A stretch of 64,000 bases of DNA from assembly GCA_040954595.2 (NCBI GenBank), contig CM082596.2, forward strand, positions 9,630,461 to 9,694,460, written 5' to 3'. Origin of the DNA: Balanoglossus misakiensis (taxonomy: Eukaryota; Animalia; Hemichordata). The position numbers and the translations under genes are program-made. This document shows positions 39,386 to 51,979 of this stretch, in pieces. The first letter of the stretch is position 1, and each line of letters opens with the position of its first letter. The notes under the pieces are model-generated. The model was not told where the DNA came from. It saw only the letters and a list, made by a program, of their open reading frames with translations, and ran no database searches.

Positions 39386-42300
39386 TCACGAGAGTACAAA
39401 ATCATCGAATTTGCTCGGTAGTTTACTGTTCCGCTTTGGGCGATCCACAGAACAAGGAGCAAGTGTTTCTTGAGCGGTGTCTGCCTTGAGTGCGCATCTG
39501 ACATCTGGCTGGCGATCACCTGTTTCATCAGTTGCAGTGCGGCTGGATGCTGCATTGTGGTGCGGTTGGTGCGTGGGCTTTACATGAACTAAATCACGCT
39601 GATATTGAACTCCCTCCGGGGTCCGGATGGTGTATCTGCGATCAGACGACTTGCCAATCACCGTAGCTGGCTGCCAGGTTGACTTTGGTGTCTTCTGAAA
39701 TCTGCATGGGGAGCCAATATGGAGTGGCATTTTTTCAGCATGTCCTCCATGAGGTATGTAAGAGGTCAAAACTCGGTAGTCTGCACCAGGTTCTGCGCCA
39801 GGCGCATTTTCATAAAAGGGAACTCTGCGCCATGTGTTTGCACCATGCATTCTGCGCCACCCTTTGCGCCAAGCGATCTGCGCCACCCTATTCACGTACG
39901 TGCATGTGTAGGATGGACGGTAACAACGCAGCGTCCCAGTACACGCACAATATACACGTTTGTACATTACATGTTTATTTCAAATGAAAGGTAATTAAAA
40001 AGAACTTTTATACAGCGTGTAATTTCTGAAAATTGTTGAGAAAAAAAAAGTAAATTCAAGTTCGTTCGCGGGCTGAATGGGTTAACAGGAACAGTTGGTT
40101 TCCTGGAAACTACTGATAACTTCGTAAACAACGTTCAGTCTATTATTTCTTCAGAAAACCGTTGAGAGATGATTGTTTTAGGGAACATCGCTTCTGCACA
40201 ATGGCGTTCGGTCATCGATTTCAAATTCTGGATTTCGGTGAGATAGCGAGTCGCCATCTGGGTCGACGTTTTCAGTGTTGTCACTCATGTTTTACTGTCA
40301 TAATTAATATTCACCGATAAGATTAATAAATCGCCGCCCTAGTCGACACTACGTGGCCTCACTGTAGGTTGTATTGTTTACAACAGAGATTCACACCTCG
40401 CCAAGGGGTGGCTTATCAGTAAATTGCTAACGAAGTGTTGACAAACCGTCGTCTTGACTATTGTTCGGAAGACAGGAAAACCAAAATTAGCACATCGTTG
40501 CGGTAATTTTTGATGAAAGACATGATGTCAACCTTTTCAATGAAGTGATCGGTTGAATTTGAGGGGTGGGACCGACCAACGCTGTCGGTGTTCGAAGTGG
40601 CAATGATCACTTTACGTGATGTCATCACGAGAATGCGTCGCGTTATCGACCAAAATTCGTGTAATAACCCCTTTATCGTACATGCCTACCTATAAAACAG
40701 TACGATTTGCGAAAATGCACCGAGAAAAACAATTTCACGGCCAGAAATTTGAACAGGACGTCCTGAGATCACAGCAGTAGCCCATAGCCAAGTGAGACTG
40801 GGCGATGCGATCAGGTGATCAACGTGTAGGCAGTAGTATCATTCTAAGGGGCTGGCAGCTTCAATTACGATGGGCACATCCGCATTCTGAATAAAATTGT
40901 CTACGTTCTCTTTCCAAATAACAAGTTAACAATTATTTTGCATTGAGAAATACGACGCAAGAAAAATGATACATTCAACATGGCAAAACCACCAGGTTTG
41001 AAAACGTTATTACATGCTTTATTTTTATCGATCGTCCATCAATGGTCCCCTAGGACTGCGAGGCGAACGCGAACGAGACCCAGGCTCCACTGGGACGCCG
41101 CGTTGTTGCCGTCCATCCTACACATGCACGTACGTACGCAGATCGCTTGGCGCAAAGGGTGGCGCAGAATGCATGGTGCAAACACATGGCGCAGAGTTCC
41201 CTTTTATGAAAATGCGCCTGGCGCAGAACCTGGTGCAGACTACCGAGTTTTGACCTCTTACATACCTGCCTCCATTTGAGTTTGCTCGCTGCTCGATTCT
41301 GTCTCTGTAGACATCTGAGGCTGGTTGATGACCGTACCGGTACTGTATGAATGGAAGATTTGTCTCCACCTTTCTGCCGGGGAACATCAACGCGAATGGA
41401 GACGGAACGTCTGCTGTGATGGGTGTATCACGTAGCGTTGTGAGGATTTCTCTCAGGTTTTCCTCTCCTTTCTTGAGCGACTTTTAAGCATGGCTTTCAC
41501 CGTGCCTCTTTCTGCACGCCCATTCGCTTGTTGGTGATAGGGTGCACTGGTGGAATACCGTATTTCATGGGATCTGCAGTACTCGTGGTATCATTCCTCA
41601 CTTATGAGTTGTGAGCCGTTGTCGGAAATCAATTTCTCGGGGTAGCCGAAATTGGAGAAAATTTCGTCTAGCTTGCCGATGACTGTTGAGCTTCGTGTGT
41701 TGGGTAGCTTGTTTGCCCAGACGAAACCTGTGTAGTAGTCAACGCTAAGCAGGTACTGAGATGACTCAAACTCGAATAAGTCGCTGCCAATCGTATGCAT
41801 GGCTTCAATGCTGTGGATTGGTTGTACTGGAAGCTTGGTTTGGCTTCGCTGATATGACTGACATTGGTTACAGTCGCGTACCATGTTTTCGATGTCTGCG
41901 TTCAGACCGGGCCAGTACACTGATTGTCGGGCTCGAAGTCTGGTTTTATCGACACCTTGGTGCTGTTGGTGAAGTACTTGTTGGATGTGTTGACTCATAC
42001 TGGACGGTATGACGATTCTGTGACCTTTCAGCACAACACCCTTAGAGCGATGCTGTCAGTATGCGTGGGCTGTTTCGTTGCACTGGTTCTTCTCTTTCGG
42101 CCATCCGTTTGTTATGTACACAGACAATGACTGAAGAACTGAGTCAGCGTCAGTCAGTTGGCGGATCCGATCTATGACAAAGGGCTTCATAGTGGAAATT
42201 TCGTGCACATGAACATCAACATCAGGAAACTGATATGTGGTCTGCTTCGTGTCTACGCATCTGGAAAAACAGTCGGCGAGTGGTACGTCCTGACCTGGGA

Positions 42301-44344
42301 CGTAATGGATAGCGTACTTGTATCCCTGTATGTGTAGAATCAGTCTCTGCAGCCTAACTGGCATCTTGCAAATTTGCTTCTTTGCTATCGCTTCTAGTAT
42401 AGTGGCTTGTGGTCGGTGTGAATGGTATAACGTCTACTAAACACGTAGTGCTTGAAGTGTATCGTTGCCCATACAACAGCTAACATCTCGCGTTCTATGT
42501 TGCTGTAGTTAGACTCAGTGGGGGTGAGGGCTTTCGATGCGAAATGGATTGGTTTGCCATTCTGCAGTAACACAGCACCTAGACCTTTGCATGATGCATC
42601 ACACTGGATCACGATTTCTTTGCTAGCGTCGAAGTAGGTAAGTACTGGCGCTTTGGTGATAGCATTTATCCTGTGTAGTGCTTGGTCGTGGCTTTCAGAC
42701 CAAATAAACAGGACGTCTTTCTGTAGTAGTTTTCTGAGTGGTTCAGTCAGTGGACTCAGCTTCACGAACTTTGACAGGTAATTTACGAGACTGAGGAGTG
42801 ACTGTAGCTCTTGTTTGTTTGTTGGCACTTTCAGTTTCTGGATTGCAGCCACTTTAGATGGGTCGGGCGATACTCCATCTTTGCTCAGGATGTGTCCGAA
42901 CAGCTTAACTCTGTCTTTGTTAAACTGACATTTCTCGCCGTTGAGCTTGACATTGTTCTGTCTGCAGGCTTTCATGACATTTTGTATGGCTATGTCATGC
43001 TGTTGTCTGGATTCGGCAGCAATGAGGATGTCATCCTTTATGCAGTATTCATTGCTGACCTTCTGGAAAATCCGATCCAGCTCAATCTTGAATACTTCTT
43101 GGGCTGAGATGAGTCCAAACGGTAGGCGTGTGAAGCAATATCTGCCGTATATAGTGCTGAATGTGGTGAGGAGTTGCGATTCCTCATCAAGTGGGATATT
43201 CCAATATCCGCTTCTGAGATCAAGTGTTGAGAAGTACTTTGCGTTCTTCAGCTCTGGAAGAATGTCATCAAGAGTTTTCGCGTAGTAGTGTGGACGTTTG
43301 ATGAACTTGTTAAGTTCGCGTGGGTCCAGACATATGCGTAGGGATCCGTCAGCCTTTGTGACAAGTACAATGTTGTTGACCCATTCAGTCGGTTCCTGTA
43401 CTTCCCTGATGACGCCAATTTCAATCAGACGGTCAAGTTCTTGTCTGAGAGGGGTTTTCAGTGCGTCGGGTGTTCTCCTTGTTGCGTTAACTGTGGGCAC
43501 TGCTCCATCAGACAGCTGGATTTTGTGTTCATTTTGGATTTTGCCAACACCTTCGAACACATCAGCGTTGTCATTGATGAAATGTTCCTTGCTGGTGTAC
43601 GATGCGATTTCTTTCACATCGAATTTCTCAAAGCAGCTGTGTCTATCACAGGGAAATTTCACAAGTCCTAGCTTGGCGCATAAGCTGAGGCCGAGTAGGT
43701 TGTTCCCCTGTTCTGAGATGAAGGACACGACGTTAAGTAGACGGGCGTTTTGATGCTCGATGACCGGGACAGTTACTTTCCCATGGTTTGGGAAACGTTT
43801 GCCTCCATATCCGCTAAGACGCATATCAGTTGTGTCTGGCTTGTGGTTTGGGCCAAACAGTGTTCGGTATGTGGTATAGTCATGCGTTTTCTTATCATGC
43901 TGATCAGCTGGTTGAGTGTTTTTATTGGTGGTAGAGCGGCATTTCTTTGCCCAGTGGTTGTGATTGCCACATTTCCTGCAGTCCTGTCCGAAAGCTGGAC
44001 ATTTTCTTGGCGGGTGGTCCAGGCCACAGTTTCTGCATTCCCCACCTGTGTTTTGCTTCAGCTTGCTTTGTTTGTGGTTATGCACCTTCGCCCTGGCGGA
44101 GTGTACAACTTCTCCTGGTTCAGGCGGCGTTGCTTGCCCCATAGTCTTCAGTGCAGACACATGCGCATTGGCGGCTACATAAGTTCTACTGAGGGCTATG
44201 GCTTCATTGAGCGTGTATTTTTTAGGTTTTGTTAACAGCTCTTTCTGGAACTCAAGTATTGGCGTAGCGGCAATGATTAAATAGGTCGAAGGATTCAGTT
44301 AAATTGTCCGACTCCCAGTTCATAACCGGTATTTTGTTTGCCAT
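39386..44344 (-). pseudogene. gag-pol: Gypsy gag-pol (zinc knuckles, RT, RNase H, integrase); frameshifted, internally deleted and MITE-interrupted
   Basis: Gag knuckles CRNCGLDHPPRKCPAFGQDCRKCGNHNHWAKKC. RT: LRICLDP, LDLRSGYW, LPFG, IKDD. RNase H: DAS..GLGAVL, TDHKPL. Integrase: HQQHQG..C..C, SDLF, SDNGSQ. C-terminus RPKRNSKLPSKFDDF. Confidence 0.92.
39751..41268. mobile_element. Non-autonomous DNA transposon with ~180-190 bp TIRs and 7-bp TSD (P-element-like)
   Basis: TIRs 39752-39940 and 41089-41267, the outer ~130 bp apparently perfect. TSD cctccat at 39744-50 and 41269-75. Excision restores the integrase frame ..ANSNGG-HAEKM... Confidence 0.88.
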
Positions 44345-44475
44345 GGTCGTTTCGGGAAATGTGCTCGCTGTGTGTTGCTAGGTATATGCTATACATTAGG
44401 CTAGGCTGTGTTCACATCAAAAGTCAACTTACGCCAATTGCTTCGGATTGGGTATCACTCGTCTTCTGATGTCAA

Positions 44476-44492
44476 CCGTCACTGGGTCACCA
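44476..44492 (-). other. Primer binding site (tRNA-Trp-like)
   Basis: Minus-strand TGGTGACCC directly after the 5' LTR, complementary to the tRNA-Trp 3' end GGGUCACCA (9 nt). Confidence 0.7.
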
Positions 44493-44723
44493 TGTTATGT
44501 TTACTGACTCGGTGAGATCAGGTAATGTTTTGTGTAACTCGTTTCATGAGAAACTTCAACTGGAACACGAACACAACAACTGTACGTTCTGCTAGTACAA
44601 GATGGCAGCCATGAACGCGGGAAAAATCATGACCTTACAATGTCATATGAACTCTGCTAGAGGGCGCTCTATCAAAGCATTGCATGTGGTATGCTATAGT
44701 GAGATTATAGGTATATCAAAACA
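44493..44723 (-). repeat. 5' LTR
   Basis: Direct repeat of 38889-39123. Confidence 0.95.
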
Positions 44724-44914
44724 GACATTTTTTTTTTTTAATTTATTTAATTTAATTTGGGAGATAAAGAATTTTACAGCGCTCAAAAAACAGATGCTGA
44801 TACATTTAAAGGTACAGATACAGATTCAGTAACAAATATTACATATTAAATTGTGGTATATATTAAATTGTTGTATATGCAATTTCAAAGGAGATTCTCA
44901 AGTTACAGATATCA

Positions 44915-47900
44915 TTAAACATCAAAATTTTCCCATTTCAGTAAAGCATTCTCTATACATTTATTTCTTTTGGCAATATACATTTCCACTTTCTTCATAA
45001 TTCGTACATTTATTTTCACAATATTGAAGGAAGGGAGACCTTACAATCATAAATAGTATTCTTTGTGACAAGTATTACGCGATTTAAAAGTGAATTAAGA
45101 GATGCATCTCCCAAGAGAATTTGTTTAGCGGAAAGATTAGGAGGTGCATCAAGTGCAGAGCCCCACAGGAGCAAAACGCTTCTCCATAAAGTTTGTACAC
45201 ATTCACACTCTACAAATAGATGAAGAATGGTCTCGTCGACTTTTTGACAAAAAGTACAAAGACTACTGTTAACTCTGGGAGGATTCATATGAAACAAAAT
45301 ACGGTTTGTATATAAAACATTATGATTTAACTTCCACTGGAACTCTTGCAATTTTGTTTCTATTGTGACCTTGAATGGTAGTGCAAAAATGTGACACCAC
45401 TCATTTTTGTCCACAGTTAAAAACTGTGAAAAATACAGCACACTCTTTGGAGGAATTACATAACTTGCTGTGAAAAGTTTTCTAATATTTTTTACCGTAC
45501 ACTTCCTCAATGGCATAACTTTGTTACAAATTATTACACTGATAGGCAATTCTGGCCTAATTACTTGCACATTAGATTTCTTCCAATTTGATGGAATTGA
45601 CTGTAAAATACCTTGCCATTGTAAAAGATGGTTAAGAGTACATCCCATAGCAGATAAATCAAACCACGTTTTCAAATTATTGTATTGATTAAAGATGTCT
45701 ACAATGTACACTATACCTTTTTGGAAGAAAAACTTATTAAAAATTGAACAATTGTTAATGAGAATTTCTTTGTTGTTCCAAATGATTTGTTGCGTAAAAC
45801 CAAAAAAATTACAAGGATTAATGTCACTCCAAAATTCCAACATTTCAATGACAAAGTCTGGTAGTTGAATGGGAAGAGGTTTTACACTGTAGTTACACCT
45901 GAAAATGAGTCTGCCACCAATTGGTTGCAGAAAAAAATCCAAAATTAGTTTCCATGGGAGCTTTGTCTCAGACACGTAGCGCTTAATCCATGAAATTTTA
46001 AAAGCTTTGTACAATGCAAAAATGTCTATCATGCCTATTCCCCCTTCTCTAATATCACCGATTATCGTATTTCTGCTGACCCTATCAGGGCCATTCCAAA
46101 TAAATTTGTGGATGACACTGTTAATTGTTTTGATATCTGAGAATTTGATATTTATAAGGTTGAAAATGTACAGAAACTTGGAAATTATCAATGTTTTAAC
46201 AATCTGGATTTTACCAATTAAGGTAAGCCCTCTGGACCGCCAGTGGCAAAGCAAACGTGACATAGATTCTAAGGGACCTTTAATATTTTCTTTATAAGCA
46301 GCAGCAAGGTTATAAGAAAAGAAAATGCCAACAATTTTAATTGGCATCTCTGGCCATTTTATACCAAAAGGTTTATCCTCTCTGTGCCTCCATTTGCCAA
46401 GCCACATAGCTTCCGTTTTGTTACGATTTATACATAAACCAGATGCTAAATGAAAATTGTTTAAAAGAGAAATAAGATTCACAGCAGATGTTTCGTCTGC
46501 CAAGAAACATGTCAGATCATCTGCAAATGCAGCATTTTTGATTTCTTTGTTTAATATACCAATGCCATGAATATTATCATTTTGTTGAAAAGCAACAAAA
46601 GTACTTCCAACCCAATGATAAAAAGAGCTGGGGATAGAGGGTCTCCTTGACGAACACATCGCTGTAAATCAAAATATCCTGTTGAGAGGCCACAATTAAG
46701 AACAGAGCTGGTTGGATGAGAATAAAAAGTGTGAATCCAATTCATAAGAGCAGGGCCAAAATTTAAAGCTTCAATACAGAAATGGCCATTCTAGGCTGTC
46801 AAAAGCCTTCTCAAAAGCTACTGCCATAAGAATACCAGGTCAGTTTTCCATTTTTGTAAACTCCAAAATGCTATCTATGATTCTTACACAATCACCTATT
46901 TGACGACCCTTTATAAAAGCACACTGGGTCTCATTAATAATATTATGCAAGATCTTGTCTAAATGCCTAGAAATACATTTCGCACCAATCTTGTAATCAA
47001 CATTTAAGAGTGTAATGTGCCTCCAGTTTTTAACAAAACGTTTGTCTTTACCCTTTTTCTCAATGAGAGTGATAACACCTTGCTTCTGACAGTTTGACAA
47101 AACACCCATCTCATAACCTTTGTTTAAAGAATTAACAACATAGTAACCTATAAGAGGCCAAAATTTCATATAAAATTCAACAGACAGGCAATCATTACCT
47201 GGAGTTTTGTTTGATGGCATACTAGAGAGGGCCTGGAACGCTTCATCATAAGTGATGAGGCCATCACAAGAGGCACTATCTGTATCAGTTAACATGGGCA
47301 AGTTTACCATGTTGAAAAAGTAGGTAATGGAGTTCAGATTTTAATGATTTTGTTTACTATGATAAAGCTTGGAATAAAAAGACTTAAGTTCTCCTAAAAT
47401 CTCTTGAGAGTCCGTAATCCTCCTCCCTTCATCATTTATAATTTGGACACTGTGGGACTTCTTAGAATTAGCCTTTTCCAAACTAAGAAAATACTTTGTA
47501 TTCTTTTCCCCCAGCTCATACCAGTTTGCTCTTGAACGAATAATGCTACCTTCAACAACGTAATCTAATTCTATCTGCAATTCCTTTCTTATACATTCAA
47601 TCTCATCCCTAATCTCATTGGATGGATCAGAAGCTAGAGCTACCTCCATATGGGTAAGCTTGGTCTCAAGCTCAGAAATATTATCTCTTCTAGCTTTTGC
47701 CTTTTGTTTCCCATAAGAAAGAGAGGCTGTCTTAATTTTGTACTTCAAAAAATCCCAAACTTGAATTGGCTCTTGAGAGTGGTACTCATCTACCCAATTT
47801 TCAAAGTTGCCACAAATAAGTTTGATAAACTGATCATCTAGAAGAAAGCTATTATTGAACTTCCAGTAGGAATGCCCAAGCCTGGCTCGACTATCACCAA

Positions 47901-48621
47901 TGGAAAGAGTAATTGCAGAATGGTCACTATAATTACAAGAAATGATATCTGTATCTGAGACAGCTTGCTGCAGAGAGCTGCTCACTAAGAAATAATCTAA
48001 ACGACTCTGAATTAACTCGGGACGCAATTTGCTCCAGGTAAAACGTCTCGTGGAAGGATTACGGACTCTCCAAATATCCGAAAGATCAAATTTAGCACAA
48101 AGCTCACTCAAAATAGTAGCTGACTTTTTCCACGTGGTTGGGTTTCCACCTTTCCTGTCCAAGTTAGGATTTATAGTCATATTATGATCCCTTACCCAAA
48201 TAATCTCTCTATCTGGTTCTACTTCCATAGCATAAAGCATTTCAGTGATCTGTGAAAGATATGAAACATGCTCAGTTTCATTATTTGGACCATAACAATT
48301 TATGAGTAAATACGGCTTTTCAAAAATATCTACTGAAATAATAATCCGACAATCTTTATCGGTACTTACATTATAAATAGAGAAATGTACATTTCTAAAA
48401 ATAACAAGTACACCTCTACTATTGGAGGTACCGTGTGAAAAAATAAAATGGCCAGGGAGTAGACTTGGCCACAGCTGTTCATCTTTAGGCACACTATTAG
48501 TTTCTTGAAGGAAAATGATATTTGGATTTTTCTTTTGCAACCACTGAAAAACACCTTTTCGTTTCTTATAGTTAGCAATACCACGCACATTTGCTGAAAT
48601 TACATTATAGTTCTCTGACAT
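44915..48621 (-). pseudogene. LINE ORF2: APE endonuclease, reverse transcriptase, C-terminal zinc knuckle; several frameshifts
   Basis: APE: SANVRG, FLQET, SRLDYF, SDH. RT: KTPG.D, WRHITLLNVDYKI, RQGDPLSP, FADD. Knuckle CTFC..ETILHLFVEC. Confidence 0.93.
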
Positions 48622-49129
48622 CAAATTTGACAGAAAATAACTGTACAAAGATGCACTGAATTTTTTCTAAATCTCCCAAAATTTTCAAAATAGAAAAGAA
48701 AAAAGGAAAAAAATGAACTCTACAACGAGCTCAGCATAGACCGAAAAAAAAACAAAAAAAAACAACAACAGGCAAGGTGGAGGATCTGGTACATGGCGTA
48801 AAGCAATTTAGGGAGGTGTGGGGAAAGAATATCTCCCCAACAGCGATAACCATAGTCAAAAGCATAATTGACTAATGCAGTAAAATGAGAAAAGAGAGAG
48901 AGAGAAAAAACAAGACATGAATGATCACAACATCGAATAACAGGTCAACAAAAAGCATTTCTCTAATGGCAGGTGTCCATGTATACAGACAAGTAAAAGA
49001 GGACTGATCACCAGTAGCGACATTGCTCTCACACTGACATCAAAAGGATATGATAAACAAGTCAATGTCTTTGCTGGTAATCTTGTGGTGAAGGCGTGTA
49101 TTTTGAGTTGTTGATGTAGAGTTGACCAG

Positions 49130-49903
49130 TTACGAACTTGACTTTCTTTTTTTCGTTGTACGGAGGCTTTGCTTGACTTTATAGTCCGCTGGGCACAAGT
49201 CTGGTTTGACAAAAATGTCCGTACCTCTGAAAGCTGTACGCCAGTTTCTCAGTAGTTCACTCCGCTGTAATCGAAGAGGGAGTTTAACGATGATATGCCT
49301 CGGTTTGCCAGATTTACTGCGAGTGTCTTTCACACTTGGACTGCGGTGGGCATTGTCAATCAAAATGTCCGCCATCTTGAACTTTTCTGCAGCGAGTCTC
49401 TTTATGGTTTCAACGCAATTTTCATCTTCTTTTTCGGGTATGCCTCCAATACGGAGATTGTAGTTTCGGGAGTATCTTTCAAGCCTTGTCACCGAACTCT
49501 CAACTTGTTCATTTCTATTGGTAAACTCCTCTAATTTTGTTTGAAGTTTCTGAAAGTCTGCCTTCAACTCCACGTTCTCTCCCTTCAGCGTATCTATGTC
49601 GTCATCTGCATACTGCATGGCCTTTTCAAGTTCAGTGTATTTCGTTTCAACAAGTTCCATTCTTTCAGACAGCTTTCGTTGTTCAGTTATAATCGTTGAA
49701 ACCCGGTCAGATATCGAGCCCACTTTCTCCTCTAAGTCATGCAGACATTCCTTCATTAAGGCTTTCAGCGAATCACGAGAGAAGCCACTCTCACCTTCTC
49801 GCACGCCCGGTTCTGATGTACCGCCGCCATCTTTGAAGTACGCTGCGATGTCTTGGTTGTCCGTACCGACTTTTTTGCTCTTATTTCGGGTTGCGTTTGC
49901 CAT
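49130..49903 (-). CDS. LINE ORF1 (L1-type coiled coil + RRM-like); C-terminus probably frameshifted
   Basis: Heptad-rich region followed by LERYSRNYNLRIGGIPE, IDNAHR, PRHIIVK and IFVKPD. Confidence 0.85.
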   Translation of the reverse strand: MANATRNKSKKVGTDNQDIAAYFKDGGGTSEPGVREGESGFSRDSLKALMKECLHDLEEKVGSISDRVSTIITEQRKLSERMELVETKYTELEKAMQYADDDIDTLKGENVELKADFQKLQTKLEEFTNRNEQVESSVTRLERYSRNYNLRIGGIPEKEDENCVETIKRLAAEKFKMADILIDNAHRSPSVKDTRSKSGKPRHIIVKLPLRLQRSELLRNWRTAFRGTDIFVKPDLCPADYKVKQSLRTTKKRKSSS

Positions 49904-51549
49904 ATCACTTCCAGGTCCGCTACAAGCGTTCTAGGTAACTTTAAATCAGTAACAGTAATGTCAAATGTTAAACCTGGTGGACTATTACCATGAAATTTCG
50001 ACCTGCTTTTAGTGACGGTGTGACCACACTGTTCACTCCAGCGCCATGACCTATGACCCCTGTAACATAACAGACATAGTAGTCAAAGTCCAGTATGTGT
50101 TTAAAATGATACCCTGGTCACACACAGTGACAAATATCAGCCTTTGACTATTGTGTCAAATTATCTAATCTGTGCATTGTTAATAACCCACTGTGAAGTT
50201 TAGTCCAGGTAATTCATTTTCAGTGTGGAAACATACTATGCTTTGAATACATGTTGCATATGGAGTGTTGAAGGTTATAGTTGGATGTAGTTTTCCAAGC
50301 AATTAGGACATTTTTATATATCGCTATATACTATTTCATTGGTTGATAAACATCATGATTCTTCACGTCACGATGGAAACTGAAAAAAAAAATATTGCTT
50401 TATATTCACCAAAAACTATTTTTTTCACCATTGCTATGAAAAATAAAGCACAAAAAACGTAACACTTAACATCTTACAGTAAAGGGCATTGCCTGTCGAT
50501 GTGATACACTTTATCATATAACTTCAAAACTGGTAGCTAGGGCAGTGTTTGCACAGAGGAGTCCCTTAAATGCCTTCGCTCATTCACACCTCTTCAGTGA
50601 TAATGCCTGGATTATATTGACATGAAGCTGTTTGTTCAGCAGTGTTTCAACTGCCAGCCACCTGAGTTCATTTTAACACCCAAACACTGAAAATATTGTA
50701 GCAATCAATAATATAACCTACACACGGTGTAAAAGTCATCGTGTTTTAAAGTTATGTTGATGCCTGATGTGCATTGTGACTCACGGGGCATGCAAGGGTA
50801 AAGCTTGTCCAAAGTTGACAAAGCAAAATACCAGACTAAGTGCCTGTTTTAATATGTGCCTCTTTCCAAGGACCTTGGTGACGAGGCATAAATTTGGGAA
50901 TGTTCACGGGACCCATTTTTTCACTGGACCCGCACATGTAATTATATAACCATGAAATTGAACTGTTCCCGGGAGCTACCGAGTGTTGCCTTGTTTCACC
51001 CGCAGGTTACTAGCTAGGGTTTTTACACTGCCGGCAGTAGTTCCAAAAACTAGCTACACTGCGTAGTGATTGGTTGACTATATATGAATATGCATGAGGT
51101 CTGGTTTATAAGGTTCTACACAGATGTAGTGCCAATGCCTTCTCACGGCGGAGCGTGACAGAGAGCATATTCCGTGTACCTCGCTCGTCATCAAGTTTTC
51201 TAGGTGGAATTCAGAATGGCAACTCCAACCACAAAAGCAACAGTTGTAACAGCACTGCAAACACCAGTTCTCAATACTTTGGCTGTGAGTAGAATGTCTA
51301 CAACCAGGACTGCGACTGCCACTACCACCAATGCTACTGTCGCTCTTACCAGTACCTGAACAGCCTCAACGGGTACCAGCCAAGTGCAACCAGTCGATGC
51401 GGCAAGTTTCACCTTGCAGATCGAATATTATTTGGTGCATTTTGCTGTGTTGTCTTTCCACAGCCAGCTTGTATTCTGATATTCTGCGTTCAAGACCGAA
51501 GATATAATCGGGAACTGGGACTGGAGTCATTTCGAATGAGAATGTGATG

Positions 51550-51920
51550 TATTTGGGTCTGACGAAAGAGAAGTGATTATTGAGTCGTCCCCATGAAGAG
51601 TTATAAATATGGTTGTGGGTATGACGAATTGACAGTTGTTAATGGCGAAGAAACTGAGTATTGAGTCGTCCCCATGGAAAGTTATGAAATACGGTTTTGG
51701 GTTGACGAATTTACCGTTGTTAATGGAGAAGAAACTTGAGTCGTCCCCATGAAAAACCTGAGACTGTAATGAATGGTAATGAAGGTAATGAGTCGTCCCC
51801 AAGTGTTTTTCTTTTCGTATTTGGGTTTGACGAGTCTGGAATCGGTGTACTCGTTACATAATGTGAAAAGGTAGTCGGATTGGTCATGGCAGGTTGTAAC
51901 ATTTGGGTTGACGAATTATC
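51550..51920 (+). repeat. Array of conserved-stem, variable-loop hairpin units
   Basis: ggg-N2-3-gacga at 51555, 51617, 51699, 51823 and 51905. The complementary gagtcgtcccc occurs at 51582, 51663, 51738 and 51790. Confidence 0.75.
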
Positions 51921-51979
51921 GAGCGCTAGTTGGAATGAATATGACTGCTGCAGAGGAAAATATTGCAGGCTGACTGTGA

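Larger units (their letters stand above)
38889..44723 (-). mobile_element. Gypsy/Ty3 LTR retrotransposon (Mag-like), decayed
   Basis: Paired TG..CA LTRs, PBS, PPT, domain order gag-RT-RH-IN, and 5-bp TSD gacac/gacat (one mismatch). Confidence 0.93.
44729..50065 (-). mobile_element. Full-length L1/Tx1-group LINE, decayed
   Basis: ORF1 + ORF2, poly(A) tail (T-run 44728-39 on +), and 12-bp TSD caaaacagacat (44717-28) / cataacagacat (50066-77). The 5' end reads GGGGTCATAGGTCATGGCG. Confidence 0.9.

Noticed and set aside
40060-40085. piggyBac-like end (..gaatgggTTAA) inside the MITE
   Set aside because: No matching opposite end was found.
42811-49934. Plus-strand ORFs of up to 161 aa overlapping the Gypsy and LINE genes
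   Set aside because: They are antisense shadows of retroelement coding frames and have no motifs.
51555-51680. Hammerhead ribozyme (CUGACGA..GAAA) or SECIS (AUGA) reading of the hairpins
   Set aside because: No three-helix junction could be assembled, and the 3' GA needed for the SECIS quartet is missing; GACGA pairs canonically with UCGUC.
51550-51920. CRISPR-like repeat/spacer array
   Set aside because: The repeats are short, split and irregularly spaced, two loops resemble each other, there are no cas genes, and the context is a eukaryotic transposon.
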